This document shows, piece after piece, positions 12,336-25,764 of a stretch of 64,000 bases of DNA. A model generated the notes under the pieces. That model did no database searches. It saw nothing but the letters and a program-made list of their open reading frames with translations, and was not told the DNA's origin. This DNA comes from Amphiscolops sp. MND2022. Lineage: Eukaryota. How positions within the stretch are numbered: position 1 is the stretch's first letter; each line of letters starts with the position of its first letter. A program made the position numbers and the translations under genes. The DNA lies in contig OZ076409.1 of assembly GCA_964187785.1 (NCBI GenBank), positions 64,668,001 through 64,732,000 of the forward strand, in the 5' to 3' direction.

Positions 12336-12377
12336 TACTTGACTATTTTAGTTAATAGTAACTAAAATAGTCAAGTA
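12336..12377. repeat. Perfect 19-bp inverted repeat with 4-nt loop
   Basis: TACTTGACTATTTTAGTTA-atag-TAACTAAAATAGTCAAGTA; part of the left arm also occurs as a direct repeat at 12314-12329. Confidence 0.9.
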
Positions 12378-12981
12378 ATTATCACAGCTCAGGGGGAAAT
12401 AATATCTCAAGTAAAAATAGAAATAAGATCTAGAGGGAATAAGATCTAAAATTTCAGGACGTGAATAATATCTAAAGGGAAAAAGATCTGAAATTACTAA
12501 ATTTTAGGTCTTATGCTTTAAATCCTTTTTCCCCCATATAGTTTAGCTCAGTTGGTGAAGGCGAAGAAGGCGGAAGGTATCCGGGTGCTTAGCGGGCGTC
12601 TTGTTATTTTCATATAACTTGTAATTCAAAAGTAAAGTAGTACCAATTGGTGGGTCATAAACAGGATTGCGTTATTTGACGCAACCCTATAAAAACATTT
12701 GGATACCAACATTGAATGTGAGCGTCATGAACCACGATTTTATACAAACCCAAGTGCAGTAAAGAGAAATTTCACTTAAAAAGAATCCTTGCTGGACACA
12801 GTAGCGTTTCTAAAGCAATTCGAACATTCCCACGAGCAATATATCTGATCTTCAAATCATCATGTGTTTTGGTTTCCACACATCGTGTGAATGAATTCAA
12901 GTTCTTGCCTTGCCCTACAACCCATTTTTCAATCAAGAGAGAAGGGAAACAGAAGAAATAGGAGAAATAGATAGCCCTCAC

Positions 12982-12983
<2 letters not shown>

Positions 12984-13014
<31 letters not shown>
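12984..13014. repeat. (AG)n microsatellite
   Basis: About 15 AG units. Confidence 0.95.
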
Positions 13015-13017
<3 letters not shown>

Positions 13018-13079
13018 CTTCAGAGCTAGAGACAGCAAATAGAGGTAGTGTGACTTTGACTAACAGTTATGAAGAACGT

Positions 13080-15020
13080 TAGGAGAATTTAGTTGATAAT
13101 AACCTAAGTTCCCAAATAACCGACCCAGCCAAGTAAGTAATGAAATCCAAGTTTAGACTCAAATCCTTGAACAAAAGAAGAACGAGAGAATAAAGTGAAT
13201 GAAACTGGAAACGGATGATATGTTGGAAGAGATTCTCAACGAATTAAGATCGAATGAAAGTGCCTCATCTACAACAAACACCAGATCGGAAACAAATGAA
13301 ATACAAAATACGCAAGCTGTGCGATCTAAAATAGAGCTTATTGGAGTTTGCGCATCAGACAAGATAAATACTTCTTCTTGAAGATAAAGACTTTCCTCCA
13401 AGAGCCTCAGAAAAGAGGGAATCAGGACATCTTGCTAAACCAGTGTTCCGAAATGAAGAACATTTAGGCGAAACAGTACTCATATGAAGAACCGTAATGA
13501 AGAAAGTTATCACATGTTGCCAGGAGCCAACCGACAACTCTATAGACAAAACTCACAAAATTTTCAGACTCGAAATGACACTACAACATCCCATGCTGAA
13601 CAAATTACGTCAACTTCGACATCAAAGGCATTTGACCCCGTGAATCACATTGCTTTTGCAATAGAAAAACAAGCAAACACAAACTGTTCACAATCACTCT
13701 TTCACCCCAAAAATACACCCAGAATTAACAGAAATACGAGACAAACGCAAAACTCGAATATTTCGGAGACCTATTCTATACAACCTTCCGATTGCAACCG
13801 AACCTAACAGAAGAAAAGAATATCAACAGCTTTCATGCACATCTCAGAGGCTTGGCACCAAAAACATACAAAGAACATCCACCACAACTCTTGAAGATCA
13901 CAAACGCATCACAACACATGGTAGGGAAAAAAGTATCCTGCAATATAGACTGCTGCCAGCCTCACCATTGCCTACAGATGGCCAACTACCAATCCAACGA
14001 AATGCCTGCCTTCCACTTTGCAAGCTGCTTTTTCGCAACCGTAGATCTCTCTCTGTGTTTTGAGCTTCATTAGAGAATACTTTGTGATTTTGGCAAAGCA
14101 ATAAAAACCTACCAGTGCTCTTAAAATGTCGCTGACATTGGCATAGCAGCAAATGACACGACACAGTTTCGTAGAGACATAAGAACTGTTTTTGAATGTA
14201 TCCCAAATGCTTGCCTGAAACTCACGATGTCATCATGCTATTTCGGAGTCAAACAAGTCACTTTCCTGGACGCACGATCACACCTTCCCGAGTTGCCCCG
14301 CAAGCAGACAAATTGAAAAACGTTCAAATTAGAAACGTCAAATCTCCGTTTTCCTAAATCTTAGAAAGCATTACAACGGTACATAGATTTCTTCCACTAC
14401 TACCGGAACTACATTCCACCACATTCTGAACGCCTATCACAATTCGTCAATTTCCTCAAGAAAACCCATAATTTTTACGTAACAGCAAATCTAGTAGACA
14501 ATTTCAACAACTTGAAAAACTGAGAAAAAAAACCTTAAAGTCATGCCAATATTCTTTCAGGCAACACTTCAAAGACAAACAACGCATTGTCATGTCTGAC
14601 AAAAGTGTCACAGCTGGCGGATATGCAATCATGAAAGAAGATGACCCAAACCACAAACTGCAGTCCAAGCCTAAAGCATACGCACCTATCACTTTTGGAT
14701 CTGAAACCTTCAATACAGCACAAACGAAATTGTCCATATATGCAAATGAATTTCTCTCTTATAGTTCGCATTTATCAAGTTTGGACATTTTATGTAGGAA
14801 AGCACACTCCCAGTAATCGTGTTTACTGACAGTAAATCAGTAACACGATTTTCCCATGCAAAACCTATCCCTCCACTCTTTGGAATGCATGCGAGGACGT
14901 ATTCCAACATAACGTCATAATTGCCCATGTCGCTGGCTCAATGACAGAAATAAATCCAACAGAGAAATTTTATATGAGCCTGCGTAATGACACACAAACA
15001 AAGCAATAGAAGTCAACTCT
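13080..15020 (+). pseudogene. Heavily decayed, internally deleted Gypsy gag/RT/RNase H remnant (different family)
   Basis: Frame fragments HHCLQMA...AFHFAS (RT), FGVKQVTFL, KALQRYIDFFHYYRNYIP, and MSDKS...AYAPITFGSETFNTAQTKLSIYANEFL, PVIVFTDSKSV (RNase H). Boundaries approximate. Confidence 0.7.
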
Positions 15021-15665
15021 CGCTGAAATCGAATACTTTGCCATCACACTACCAGTTTGAACAAATGTTTTGCACATCCCAATACGTTACTGCTGTCAGT
15101 TGAAGTCTCACAGCGACATATTAATGTTTACAAAGTTTTTTCGAAATAAAACGCGCTGGCTTTTCAAGCATTTTTTATCACATAATTTTCAGTTCTTGAA
15201 GGGATCAAAATCTCCAAAGAAGTAACGCTGTTTAACGCTTTAAACACGCATTTCTGGTTACTATATGGCCGATTTGATTTCGCATTAAGATGAAATCAAC
15301 TGAAACAATCCGTACTTTTCTCCTTTCAGATGTTAGTATCTCTAGGCTTTTTAAGTGAAGATTAGGTACGAATGAAGAAACCCAAAGATGCCAACATCAT
15401 AAATGTATAGCTAATGAAAAGTAGTTTAGCATGGCTCATAAACATGTATACCATTTACTGTAGCCATGTATTAGGGTCCACAATCCTATAAGCAGCGGGT
15501 GGAATGATTTTATAAATTGTGATTGAATATGGAGAAAGCTTAGCCCAAATTACGGCTTCATAAACTACAAAAAAGTCACGAGGAACCTTTCAGTTTTTCG
15601 GGTCCAATACATGGAATCGCATAGCACAAGCGTAATATAGTCAAAGGAAAAAACTAGTTACTCCT

Positions 15666-16235
15666 AAAATACGTTTTTGTATCAAAAAATTTGGAAGTTT
15701 TTCTCTGGAAAGTCAGAAAAACCTGGCAAAATTGCAATTATACGTATGAAAATGCGACGGAATTGAGCTTCCATTGCTGAGAAAACCAACTGCTTGTAAG
15801 AAGAAAACATATCTGAAAAATGCAGAAATTTGACTCTGAAAATACGTTTTTGTATCAAAAAATTTGGAAGTTTTTCTCTGGAAAATCAGAAAAAACCTGG
15901 CAAAATTGCAATTATACGCATGAAAACGCGACGAAATCAAGCTTCCATTGCTGAGAAAACCATCTGCTTGTAAGAAGAAAAATATCTGAAATATGCAGAA
16001 ATTTGACTCTGAAAATACGTTTTTTGTATCAAAAAATTTGGAAGTTTTTCTCTGGAAAATCAGAAAAAACCTGGCAAAATTGCAATTATACGCATGAAAA
16101 CGCGACGAAATCAAGCTTCCATTGCTGAGAAAACCATCTGCTTGTAAGAAGAAAAATATCTGAAATATGCAGAAATTTGACTCTGAAAATACGTTTTTTG
16201 TATCAAAAAATTTGGGGTTTTTCCTTGGAAAATCA
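15666..16235. repeat. Tandem repeat, 173-174 bp unit, about 3.3 copies
   Basis: AAAATACGTTTTTGTATCAAAAAATTTGG recurs at about 15666, 15839, 16012 and 16186. Confidence 0.95.
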
Positions 16236-16429
16236 ACAGAATCCGGTTTTTCACAAAGGTAAATAGTATGGATAACTATGTATAACTTCATTTCCGAATA
16301 AAATATTTGGGCACCCTCGAAATCCCAAACCAAGTTTAAATAGACTGAATAAAAAACTTAAATGGCCAGAGTTTTGTTGAAATTTTGAACATGGCCAAGT
16401 CGAACGAATTTTTGTGATGGAAAATTTCG

Positions 16430-16557
16430 ATTCCCATCGATGGGTCATCGTTAGAAAAACCTCATCGATGCCCATCGATGGACCATTGATGGCCATCGAT
16501 GGGCCCCATGGGACTGTGATGGCCATCGATGAACTGCGATGGGATCTCAGTGCGGGT
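16430..16557. repeat. Cluster of CCATCGATGG palindromes, possibly a DNA-transposon subterminal array
   Basis: At least five CATCGATG cores plus degenerate copies in about 120 bp; ends TCAGTGCGGGT. Confidence 0.6.
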
Positions 16558-18191
16558 TGTTACAATGGCTGTCGTGGTTAGTACTGCAAAGAGTTTTTCA
16601 TTCTGAGCATCACCGATCGTAGAATTCCTTCTAGTGCTTCGGTTCTATCTTGCAGGTTTCTATTAAATTTCTGCAGATCTGATCTCACCAACAGCCGTGT
16701 CAAGTAAATGGAAAAGTAAGACGCCTCCATGAAAATAGGAGTCGAGTATATACATCTTGCAGTAAAGGGTGCAACACATAAGCAAAGATCATCCCTTTCG
16801 TGAGAAAATCCTTCAAAATAACTCACATCAGTTTCTCTCAAGCTCAAAAATATCAGATTCTCACGGTTAGCAATTCCAAGTCTTTTTGGATGAGAGCCCC
16901 TTTACAGTAGCTTTCTTGCAAAAACCTATCTTGAATAGGTACAAAGCTTGAATTGCAGTCAAAATTATAAATGTTCGGAAATGAGGTTTTCACAAATTTT
17001 GACCGCTTAAGAGATCATTTAACCAATTAATCAATTCAAAGTCCTTGAAAATTCACATGACTGAGTATTTTTATGAGAGGAAGGATTGAATTTGTGGAAT
17101 TGAAATTAGGGGTGATTAGTTAACAGAAAGACCCGCAATTCGTTTTTGGGATGGAAATTGACAATTTCAAAATTGAAAAGTGCTTCGGACCAAATTTTCT
17201 CCGATCGGTAAGGCAGCAATTGTTCAAAGAAGAATATAAATTGATCTGAAAGACTTTAGAAATTGTTTTGAAGTTGACTTCCCCACTACCGCCGGGTGGC
17301 TTTAAAAATTGATGTTCTGAAACGATGACAACGCTTTTTTGAGTTATTGAAATTTCTGAAACAATTGTACCGTAAATCTTGATGAAAAGTCAAAACATCT
17401 CACCTTCTGTAGAAAAAATTTAAAATGTTTGCTCGTTTTCAAAAATTTTTGTTTCTATTGACTTATTTATTACGAGACTGTAGAAAGAAAACAAGAGAAT
17501 GGAAGAAAGGGCATTTTTCTGACAAAAGGCACCTTCTAAGAATGTGTGTTGCACTGCGCACTTTTCAACTGCGTCGTATCCTCTGTGATCCTCCCAGTTC
17601 CAGAGCAAATGAGTCAACTGGGCAAAAGATTGCACCCCAATATAATGAACCCAGACTTCTGTATTGATTTGCTGTTTGTTTAAGTTGTTTAAGCGCAGAC
17701 ATGGAAAAATTGAATGTCTTGACAAATGATATAGCAAAAACTTTGAAAAACTTATTTTAGTGTCAACCCAATGATATACTACTGAAAAATAATTTTAGTT
17801 TCTAAAACAATTATTACACTCTTTTTTGATGATGCCACTGATGATGAAACTTGCTAATTTAGTAATATCTTCTATTACTTCCACAAAGTTTTTCAAGGAG
17901 GGAAGTCTCTCAAAAAAAATTGAACTTGAGATTTCTACCATTTCTTAAAACGAGTTTGAACCCTGCCACAAAACTGTATCCAGTTTGTGACATGAGCTTT
18001 AGAGATTTATGTCTTCCATACACTTTTTACGAAAACGTAAATGTAGAAAACGAAAAAATGTAGAAGGGGACTTCAAAAAAACCTAATTACCTTCTATCTC
18101 AAGTGCCAGTGGAAGTAGTGTGGCATTTAGTGTTAGTTCAAGTCAGCTTATAAAGCTTATAAAATCTGTCATTTCGTTGGTCTTAAAAGAA

Positions 18192-18238
18192 GTCCTACTA
18201 TAGTCTGCGTTTTTCTACGAAAAGCGCCGACTAAAAAA
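18192..18238 (-). mobile_element. HINE-like terminal fragment
   Basis: GAAAAGCGCCGACTAAAAA is the reverse complement of the element end at 51929. Confidence 0.6.
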
Positions 18239-18623
18239 CGAGTGCAACTTACTGGTTATTTTCGAAGACAATTTCTAGAAGGTGGTTGCGAGGCGTGAAT
18301 AAAAGTGCTGTTTTTTTCGAAGCGTCCAGCAACATAAATAAAACAGATAGTTTTTGTGTAGGAGTTGATTTGACTTGCAGTTGGTGATGTCACCAGGTAT
18401 GAGGTCAAACTTTTCCAACCAGTTGAAGCAAACTCTGATAGCATTGGATATAAGCCAAGTTGTGTTCTGCGAGTTTCATAAATGAAAATATTCCCATCAT
18501 GTGCAGGAGTATCAGGCGAAGAGTTCCCTTTAGTTCCAAAAAGACGATTCAGCTCACGTTAACAAAATTTAGATGCTGTGAGAAGTTTTGTATTTAGTCA
18601 GAACAATAAATAGGCTTCCAGTA

Positions 18624-18980
18624 TTTTTAGTGGGCTCTTTTCCTGAGAGAAAAGTGTCCGACTACTACAGTGACTAGCTTTTGTTCATTTTTTTGTCACA
18701 CAAATATACCCCTTCAAAGCTCACCCTGTATGTACCACGTTTGGTACGGGTTATTCAACCAGGTTATTCAGTTTAGGGAGAATGTAGCGTTCGCGGGTTC
18801 GATTACCTGCGTCAGTCAGAAACTTTTTGATGCGTTTGCAAAACCGGTCGAGACTAAAGGGTCTCTCGGTTTTTTCCGGCTCTGTGACACTTTTTTCTCA
18901 GAATTTTTTAAATGTCCCCAAAGATCCATCTTCAGTTTTTTTGATATTTTGCAACAAACTTGATTTTCAAAAAGCCAAAG
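18624..18980 (+). mobile_element. Truncated HINE-like element
   Basis: Similar to 51929-52290 plus 58313-58360 (5' end, GGTTCGA motif, TATTTTGCAACAA...GATTTTCAAAAAGCC). Confidence 0.65.
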
Positions 18981-19141
18981 GATTCGTCTTCAAATTAGCT
19001 CATCTCAAGCCCAGCACGCTTTATTCAAAATTTTTATTTAGAATGGCGCTATTTGCAATTATTTTGATTTTTACTTTTGACGAAACCCCCCTCAATGTTT
19101 ACTAAAAACGAAACATTTTTGCTGGCATGCCATTTTTGCTG

Positions 19142-19275
19142 CATGAGTTTTTTGAATGAGGTCTCCGGTTAGTAGCATAAAGCTGAAAGCCCTAAGGAGT
19201 CCTCTATGCATAGAGGACTCCTTAGGGCTTTCAACTTTGTGCTACTAACCGGAGACCTCATTAAAAAAATTCACG
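19142..19275. repeat. 134-bp spacerless palindrome
   Basis: Centre CTATG|CATAG at 19208/19209; arms of about 67 bp with about 5 mismatches. Confidence 0.93.
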
Positions 19276-22200
19276 GAGTATTCGTCGTTGAGCTTTTCCA
19301 ATATTATCGATGTTTGTTTTTGCTGGGCCACCAAGGAGCTAAAGACACTCGATTTCGCTGAGGAAAAAATTTCAATCACAATTAATCTTCACAATCAATT
19401 GACACAAAAGTCTAAGATCCAAATTTTTGTCCCCTTTGGATCAGAATTACCGGGGTTTAGATAACTTACAAAAGTGTTGACACTTAGCTTCTTTTTGATT
19501 TTCGGTGTTTTTCGAAATGTATCATGCAATATCTTAAAAACCGCTGTTCGTATCAAAATAGCCCAAATTACGTACTTGTATCTTCGGTTCGAATCTCTAA
19601 CTATTGAATCTCACAGTTTTTCTGAAATCACGCTCCTTGAGAATTTACACAGCGAACTGGTGACAAAATGAAAATTCTCAGCAGAAACATTGTTTCGACG
19701 GAATTTCTACTACTTTGTCTCAAGAAAACAGATTCAGAGAAAACGCTGAAGATGGAAAACAAAGAATGCTGTCACGACTAAAAATTTTAATGAGGGAGCA
19801 AAACTTTTGACCGGAATTTAATTTTTTATATTTTTATTCGACTTCAAAACAAAAAATATTGTTGTAATTCCCGATCGAATTCGGAGAAATAGACCCTTAA
19901 CCACTTAACCTTCTTTCTGCTTTGTTATTTCTGTTTCTATTGCGCTGTTAACTGCGGCTGCTTAATAAAAGTAAGTTGAACCCAGTAACCAACTCATCCA
20001 TTTGTTGAAAAATTACCAGTGGATAATTTGTTGTTCAAAGATGTCTTTCTTTTTGTAAGCGAGGCCGCTGCAACTTCGCCTTGAATGTTCCACCGAAGTT
20101 TTGTATTCAGAAATTTGATCTTTAGGATGGAAACATTATCAGTGACCAGAGTGAAATATTTGAAAAAATGGAATTCTATAAATGACAGGTTTCCAAGTAG
20201 CTGGGGGACTGTTTTCAGGAGGTGCAACTTGGGGGGCCAATGGTTCATAAGGTGACCATTACCATCAGAAGCGTTAATTGGTTCCTGTCGCTCATAAGAT
20301 CCGTAATTTCTACAATGTATGTAGACTTTTGTACTAAACAATTTCTAGCTATTTTTAAAAACCAAAATTGAAAAGCATTAGGACAAGTTTTTGACACTAC
20401 TTAGAATGAGAAGAAAAATGAGATTCTGAGATTTGAACCACGATCAGTACATTTAACAAGTGTAGTGCCCGTGCCCGTGCTCCTGAATGTCTACCATCCA
20501 GCCTCTATTCTCTGTTGTACTTGTTCTGTTTGTTTATTCTGTTTTGTTCTGTGTTTATTCTACGACTTTTGTTTTTTTTTTCAGTGTAAGGTCTTGCATC
20601 ACGAGTTCACTTTATGTTTTGTCGTAATGGAATATTAAATATAATGAACTCCTTGAACTTCGGTAAGAGAAGTATAAGATTAAAATTTTCCATTCCTGCT
20701 TGTAGAGCTCTGAGATACTTTTATAGTAGCTCATAGGTCGGATGTAGGTCAAGTCGTCCATCATGCTCACAGAAAGACAGTATTTCCGCTCTAAAAGGTC
20801 CAGGAAATGAAAAAAGAGGCCCCTGAGATTCAAATCCCGTTCGCTTATGTCTTTTTCAGGGTTTCCCAAAGTAGTGATGAGATCCTTTTCATTCTCTTGG
20901 AATAATTGATCACTACGATCTCCAAGAAAAACAAAATTGCAAAAATATTTAACTGTAATTATCTTGGTGGTGCAGTGGCACTGAAATATTTTTGAAGACT
21001 GTTACAGGACGAAATTGAGAAATCAAGACGGTAACTGGCACAAGTCGGCGCCCCGCTCGAATCTCAGAAAGTGACAAGTATTTCATACAGTTTTGTAACT
21101 CTAATAGCAAATTAATTAATGCATTCATACATATAGTGTTCCAAAGCCGAGCATCTCCATTGCTGTGGTGATTCTCGAAGAACAAGATTCTTGAAACACT
21201 CTTAGTTTGGATATACTGCTTTTTTCATCATTATAAACGTTATATCAGATCACTGTTTTATTCAGGTTCAATTGGGAAAAATGCGAATGTTCGAAACCAA
21301 CTTGGGCCTACTTTCGGACAGATTCACTATAATGTGATTATAGCGCATTTTTATTGAGGTGCAATTCAATTTGAAAAGATACAGAAGTTCGACACAGGTT
21401 AGATGCAAACGCTCGCAATTAGTGACAAGTTCAAAAAAGGCTAAAAGTAAGTTTTTTTTCATATTTTTTTAGAAGAGGACCAAATTTGAGAAAATTGATG
21501 CTTCAGTTTATCGTCTTTCTGATGTAATCTAAGATTACCTTTCCAATGGAGCCATTGTTATTGTCTCGACGACAAGGAACGTAGAACCATCAATAAAGAA
21601 TCCGGAAAATGGAAAAATGGACTGAGCTGAACTTGTAGAATGCGATGAACCGCAGTGATTGAACAAGGAGGGTTGTCCGGCAAAAACGAGGGAAAAACTA
21701 AAACTCACCAATGATGCAGCCTACCGCTTCGGAGTAAAGACATTTCATTCAAGGTGCCTTGCTTTTGTTATTTCAGCAGCGTGACACAAGTTCGAAGAAA
21801 ATTATGATAAGTTTTGTTGTTCATGTTGTTCATTTTCGAAGAAAAATTCCCAATTTTTGTTGCTTTGCTATAGAAACAAAATAAAAAGAAGCCTGACCTC
21901 GACCAAACTCAGAAAGAGGAGACTCTGGGCGAAGGAAAGATGATGGCAATACATATTTTTAAACTTTTGGAAATCATTTACAAGCCCTAGAAGTGGCACA
22001 TAATCCAGTGTCTCTATTGTCTCTATCTAGAGGAAAATCAATGAATGGGTCCGATAAGTTTCCATTCATTAGTCCTTTATTTGCCCTTTATACTAGCGTC
22101 GTTCGCTACCAAAAAATGTCAGATATCATTTGAGTTTCATTGGAGGTTTTTATTGAGTCAGAGAAGTGTCACACGAAAGTCGTTCATGTCAAAAAAATTT

Positions 22201-23370
22201 ATGATATGCGTGCATTTAGACAGCTCCGTTTGGTCCATACTTTACCACTATACCAGCGTCGATTATTTCGAAAAAAAATGCTCAGAAAGAAAAAGGACAG
22301 AAAAAAGTTGATACCGGAATGAAAACATATTATCCCGATTAGTACTTGAAAAAAGGCGGAGATATTATTTTGATAAAATTAAATATGGTTGGAAATTAGT
22401 GGTTGTAATATCAGGAAAGTCGGTTCAAGGCTTTCATGTTTTGCACTAACGTTAGCGGGCCTGTTATAGGTCATAGCAATACTGCCATATTCTACAACAG
22501 GCCGGCTAAGAAGAATCGGGGTTCGTGGATGCTTTGTTTCTGTTCTTCGTATACTCCACGTTTTATTCATTGGGAAACCCTGGTTGTCGGTTTTCTGCGG
22601 GATGACGTATTTGTGACGTTTGGAATTCGGTGAAACAAATTCAGCTATTTGACTTTCTAAACCACTAGTTAGAAATAGCCTGCCAAAATGTTGATTGAAT
22701 GTTGGTTTTACGTTGAAAATTTGCTTGGAAATGTATTTATAATTGGTATGTTCAAATCACCCCGGTTGCAACTGAACGTTTTCTGAACCTACTTCAATTT
22801 CACAGCATCTTTCAGTCTTTTAGTAACATGCTTCATCGGCACAATTCTTTGGAATAGAAAGACTCAATGTCAAAGCTATAATCAAACTTGAAAGTAAGTT
22901 TTTCAATTGAATTTCAAATAAAAAGCAATTTAAAAAACAATGAAAAGCAATAACTGTTGTAAAAAAACAATACAAACTCCTGCTGGTGTTTATTTCCAAA
23001 TGAAGCTTCATTGATTTCAAAAATGGAATTTAGAATTGTTTGGAAGTAGGATACTTTTTGCAAGTCAGCTAAAGCTCCGAAAATGGCAAAAATGATCAAT
23101 TTTGAGCGCAGTTAATACTTTTTCTTTTCGGGTTTTCCAGAAGATCATTTAGTGGAATTTCGCATTTTGTTAATCAGTCATATAAAATTGACCCTAATCA
23201 CGTTTCGTTTTTCCAAATCTTCTTTTTTATCAAACGCTACTTAGCAAGTATGCACGGTATGATTGCAATTATAAGAACTTCTAGATACTTCGCGCTTCAC
23301 GAAGTATCGAACGTACTTCACCTTCAAAATTATATAGTTTCTGAAACATTTTTTTGAGTTCCTGCTTTTT

Positions 23371-24114
23371 CTAATATGGGCTCATTTGTTTCACCTGCAG
23401 ACTTTCAGATTGGTCGGGACTTCCTGTTCCAGGTATTTTCTCCATTGCATCCGTAAAATTGCAATGACGATCTGAATGGGCAATATCCAGCAGCAATTTG
23501 TGCACACTCTTCGAAAGTTCAGCGACCCCTTCGCGAACTTTAGGCTTCAAAGAAAAATAATCCATATAATTGCTGATTAATTTGTTCAGGATTCGTTGAC
23601 CGCGCATTGTTTCGTTTTCATGATCATACACTGTATACATTTGAGTGATTTCAAAGCTATAACGTTTTTCATTACAATGAGACGTCATTGGAAAACATTG
23701 GCGATAATGTAATAAACCAGGTCTTCTGGTGAGTATTACCACAAATGCAGAGTTTTTGAGTTCCAAACAAAGTTTGAACGTAATTATTGAATGTTAATGA
23801 ACAATTTATCTGGTATTCTTATGGGCAGCAAAAGTAGTTTATGATACAAGGCAACAATTCCAAGAAAAATACGAAACTGTTTTAATTCAATCAAAAGGAG
23901 GCAGTGGCATAGTCATTTTTTCATTTCTTGCCGCTTTCAGCACGTTTTCAGCACGAAATACAAGGTCTACTTGAAACAACAAAAATTCATTGAATGCTTC
24001 TTGATTTTCTATCCTAAGTAACATGTTCCTAAATTCTGTATGCAAATGTTTATTGGAAGCAAATAAAAATTTCTCGTTTAAAATCACGTCACCCACTTTC
24101 GGAAATTTCCACAT
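23371..24114 (-). pseudogene. Possible decayed coding sequence or exon of unknown protein
   Basis: Two adjacent same-strand ORFs (75 and 131 aa) with protein-like composition, and a CAG|GTGAAA donor-like site near 23395. No recognisable motif. Confidence 0.25.
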
Positions 24115-24224
24115 GTGAAGTGATGTCCGGGGACGTCAAAAAGCGTCTATCTCACCCAAAAGTTATTCGAAAGCTCTCAAACTAAACTCCAAAGCTTGGA
24201 GTCAAAGAATTTCCAGTTTCTCCA

Positions 24225-24304
24225 TTTAATTGAGTGCAATTTAAATTGGGCAATTTAATTGAGTGCAATTTCAATTGGGCAATTTAATTGGGTGCTATTT
24301 AATT
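24225..24304. repeat. Minisatellite, about 29-bp unit (AATTGAGTGCAATTTAAATTGGGCAATTT), about 2.7 copies
   Basis: Directly visible; built from 14/15-nt subunits. Confidence 0.85.
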
Positions 24305-24582
24305 CAGAGGAAGTTGTTGTGAACTTGAAATTTTGTTATTGAAAAGTCACAAACAGTACCTACTGGCAATTTACCTAGAAACAGATTTTCGAAAAAAAAA
24401 ATACAGCGATAACTTTGAATTTGAAGTTTGTACATTTTGAATAAGTAAATAAAAAGAACAAATAGCAAACTCTTGACTGAACCAAAAAGTTTTTATTTTG
24501 TTCATCAACATTATCATAGAGTAATTGCAGAATAATCATTTAAACAAAATTCGCAAAGGCAAGGTTAAAAATTGGTTGGGTA

Positions 24583-24780
24583 CGTGGCGAATTTCTTAAG
24601 CCAAACAAGAGGACAGAGAAACTCCAGAATAAAATTGGATAAGAAACTGATTTACAAGTAAGAAGCTGCGAGTTCAAAGACAAAAAACAAGAGGATCTAC
24701 TAATCTCCAAACTTATGACAAGCAACACTGAAAGAACTTCAGCGAAAAATTCACACAAAAGAAAATACTAGATATTGAAA
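24583..24780 (+). pseudogene. Decayed gag fragment related to family A; continues at about 33715-33950; duplicated at 34815-35011 and 36450-36690
   Basis: CEFKDKKQEDLLISKLMTS versus CEFKDIKQEDLLISKFITS in the 133-5622 ORF; the continuation contains NDCGFCG. Confidence 0.8.
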
Positions 24781-24806
24781 TAAATATGTAATTGAGTACT
24801 CATGCA

Positions 24807-25764
24807 TGATACTCGAACGGCAAGCTGTCGCCATTCATTCTGCGCCAATAGAGAGGAAAGAATCAATGACATGGGTATATGACCGGACAAGTACCCATAA
24901 CCATAGGCCCATTTTCGTCCTGGAGTAAAATGTCTCCCGTCAGGAGGAGATTCCACCTCTCAGGAGCACTTGCCGACATGCTCTAGTCTTAAGTGCTGTC
25001 ACTGACATAAATTATGCTATTCTTCTTCTTCAAAATCAACGTCTAGACAGCCTTTAAAAATGAAGGTGGTATGGTGCCAAAGGTAAATTCTTTCAGAATA
25101 CAGGACATCAAGAAATCAAAGCTCACGAGCTAATGCAACAAAAAAACACGATAAATAACAGCATCATTGACAATCTACGGCAAATAGTAACGGAACACAA
25201 GCATAGCATGCTTGATTAAGCAAAGAGACACATTCAATGCAATCATTACTTTGAGAAGGATTTTTTTAAAGAAAGCGTCAGTCTTATGCGCGGTCTGTCC
25301 TGGCAAGATTTGCAGTTTGCTTATTGAGAGTTCTCGTGAGAATTTTACGTTCTTTTTGATCTCCTATTTTGGGTCTGCTACGTGGCAGATATGATTCGGA
25401 GACTTCCCAATTCTCCGGAAAACACTTTTTACTGAGACCGAAGCAATTTTTTTGGTAAACAATTGAAAATCGCAGTTGCCTTGTTATTTGATCGAATTTT
25501 TAACCACGATGTAATGCGTGTCCGTTTCATATTCCCCGGAGTCCATGCTGGGCTTCCCCGCCACGCAGGCAGCTGAGTTGCTGCTTGGGAGTATGAAGTT
25601 ATCATGATTCAATCATGTTTTCAATGATTCTTTCTACACATGTTTTCGAAAAGTGTGGGGTTATGCGTCTTAATGTTCGTCCTCCATCGCGGATGTTGTC
25701 ATTCAAGTGTGCCGTTCACGGAATCACGTGTGATTCCATGAATTTTACTATAGCTTGTTATGCT
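24807..25764 (-). repeat. 3' LTR of the minus-strand element (lacks about 435 bp present in the other LTR)
   Basis: Aligns with 32325-33626 except for about 33065-33500. Confidence 0.8.

Noticed and set aside
12540..12600. tRNA gene (TAGCTCAGTTGGT)
   Set aside because: Only an A-box-like motif; no T arm or acceptor stem.
15713..16333. 206-aa ORF
   Set aside because: Translation of the 173/174-bp tandem repeat.
20420..20505. Minus-strand tRNA/SINE head (A-box-like and GGTTCAAATC motifs)
   Set aside because: No cloverleaf and no second copy or TSD in the window to define an element.
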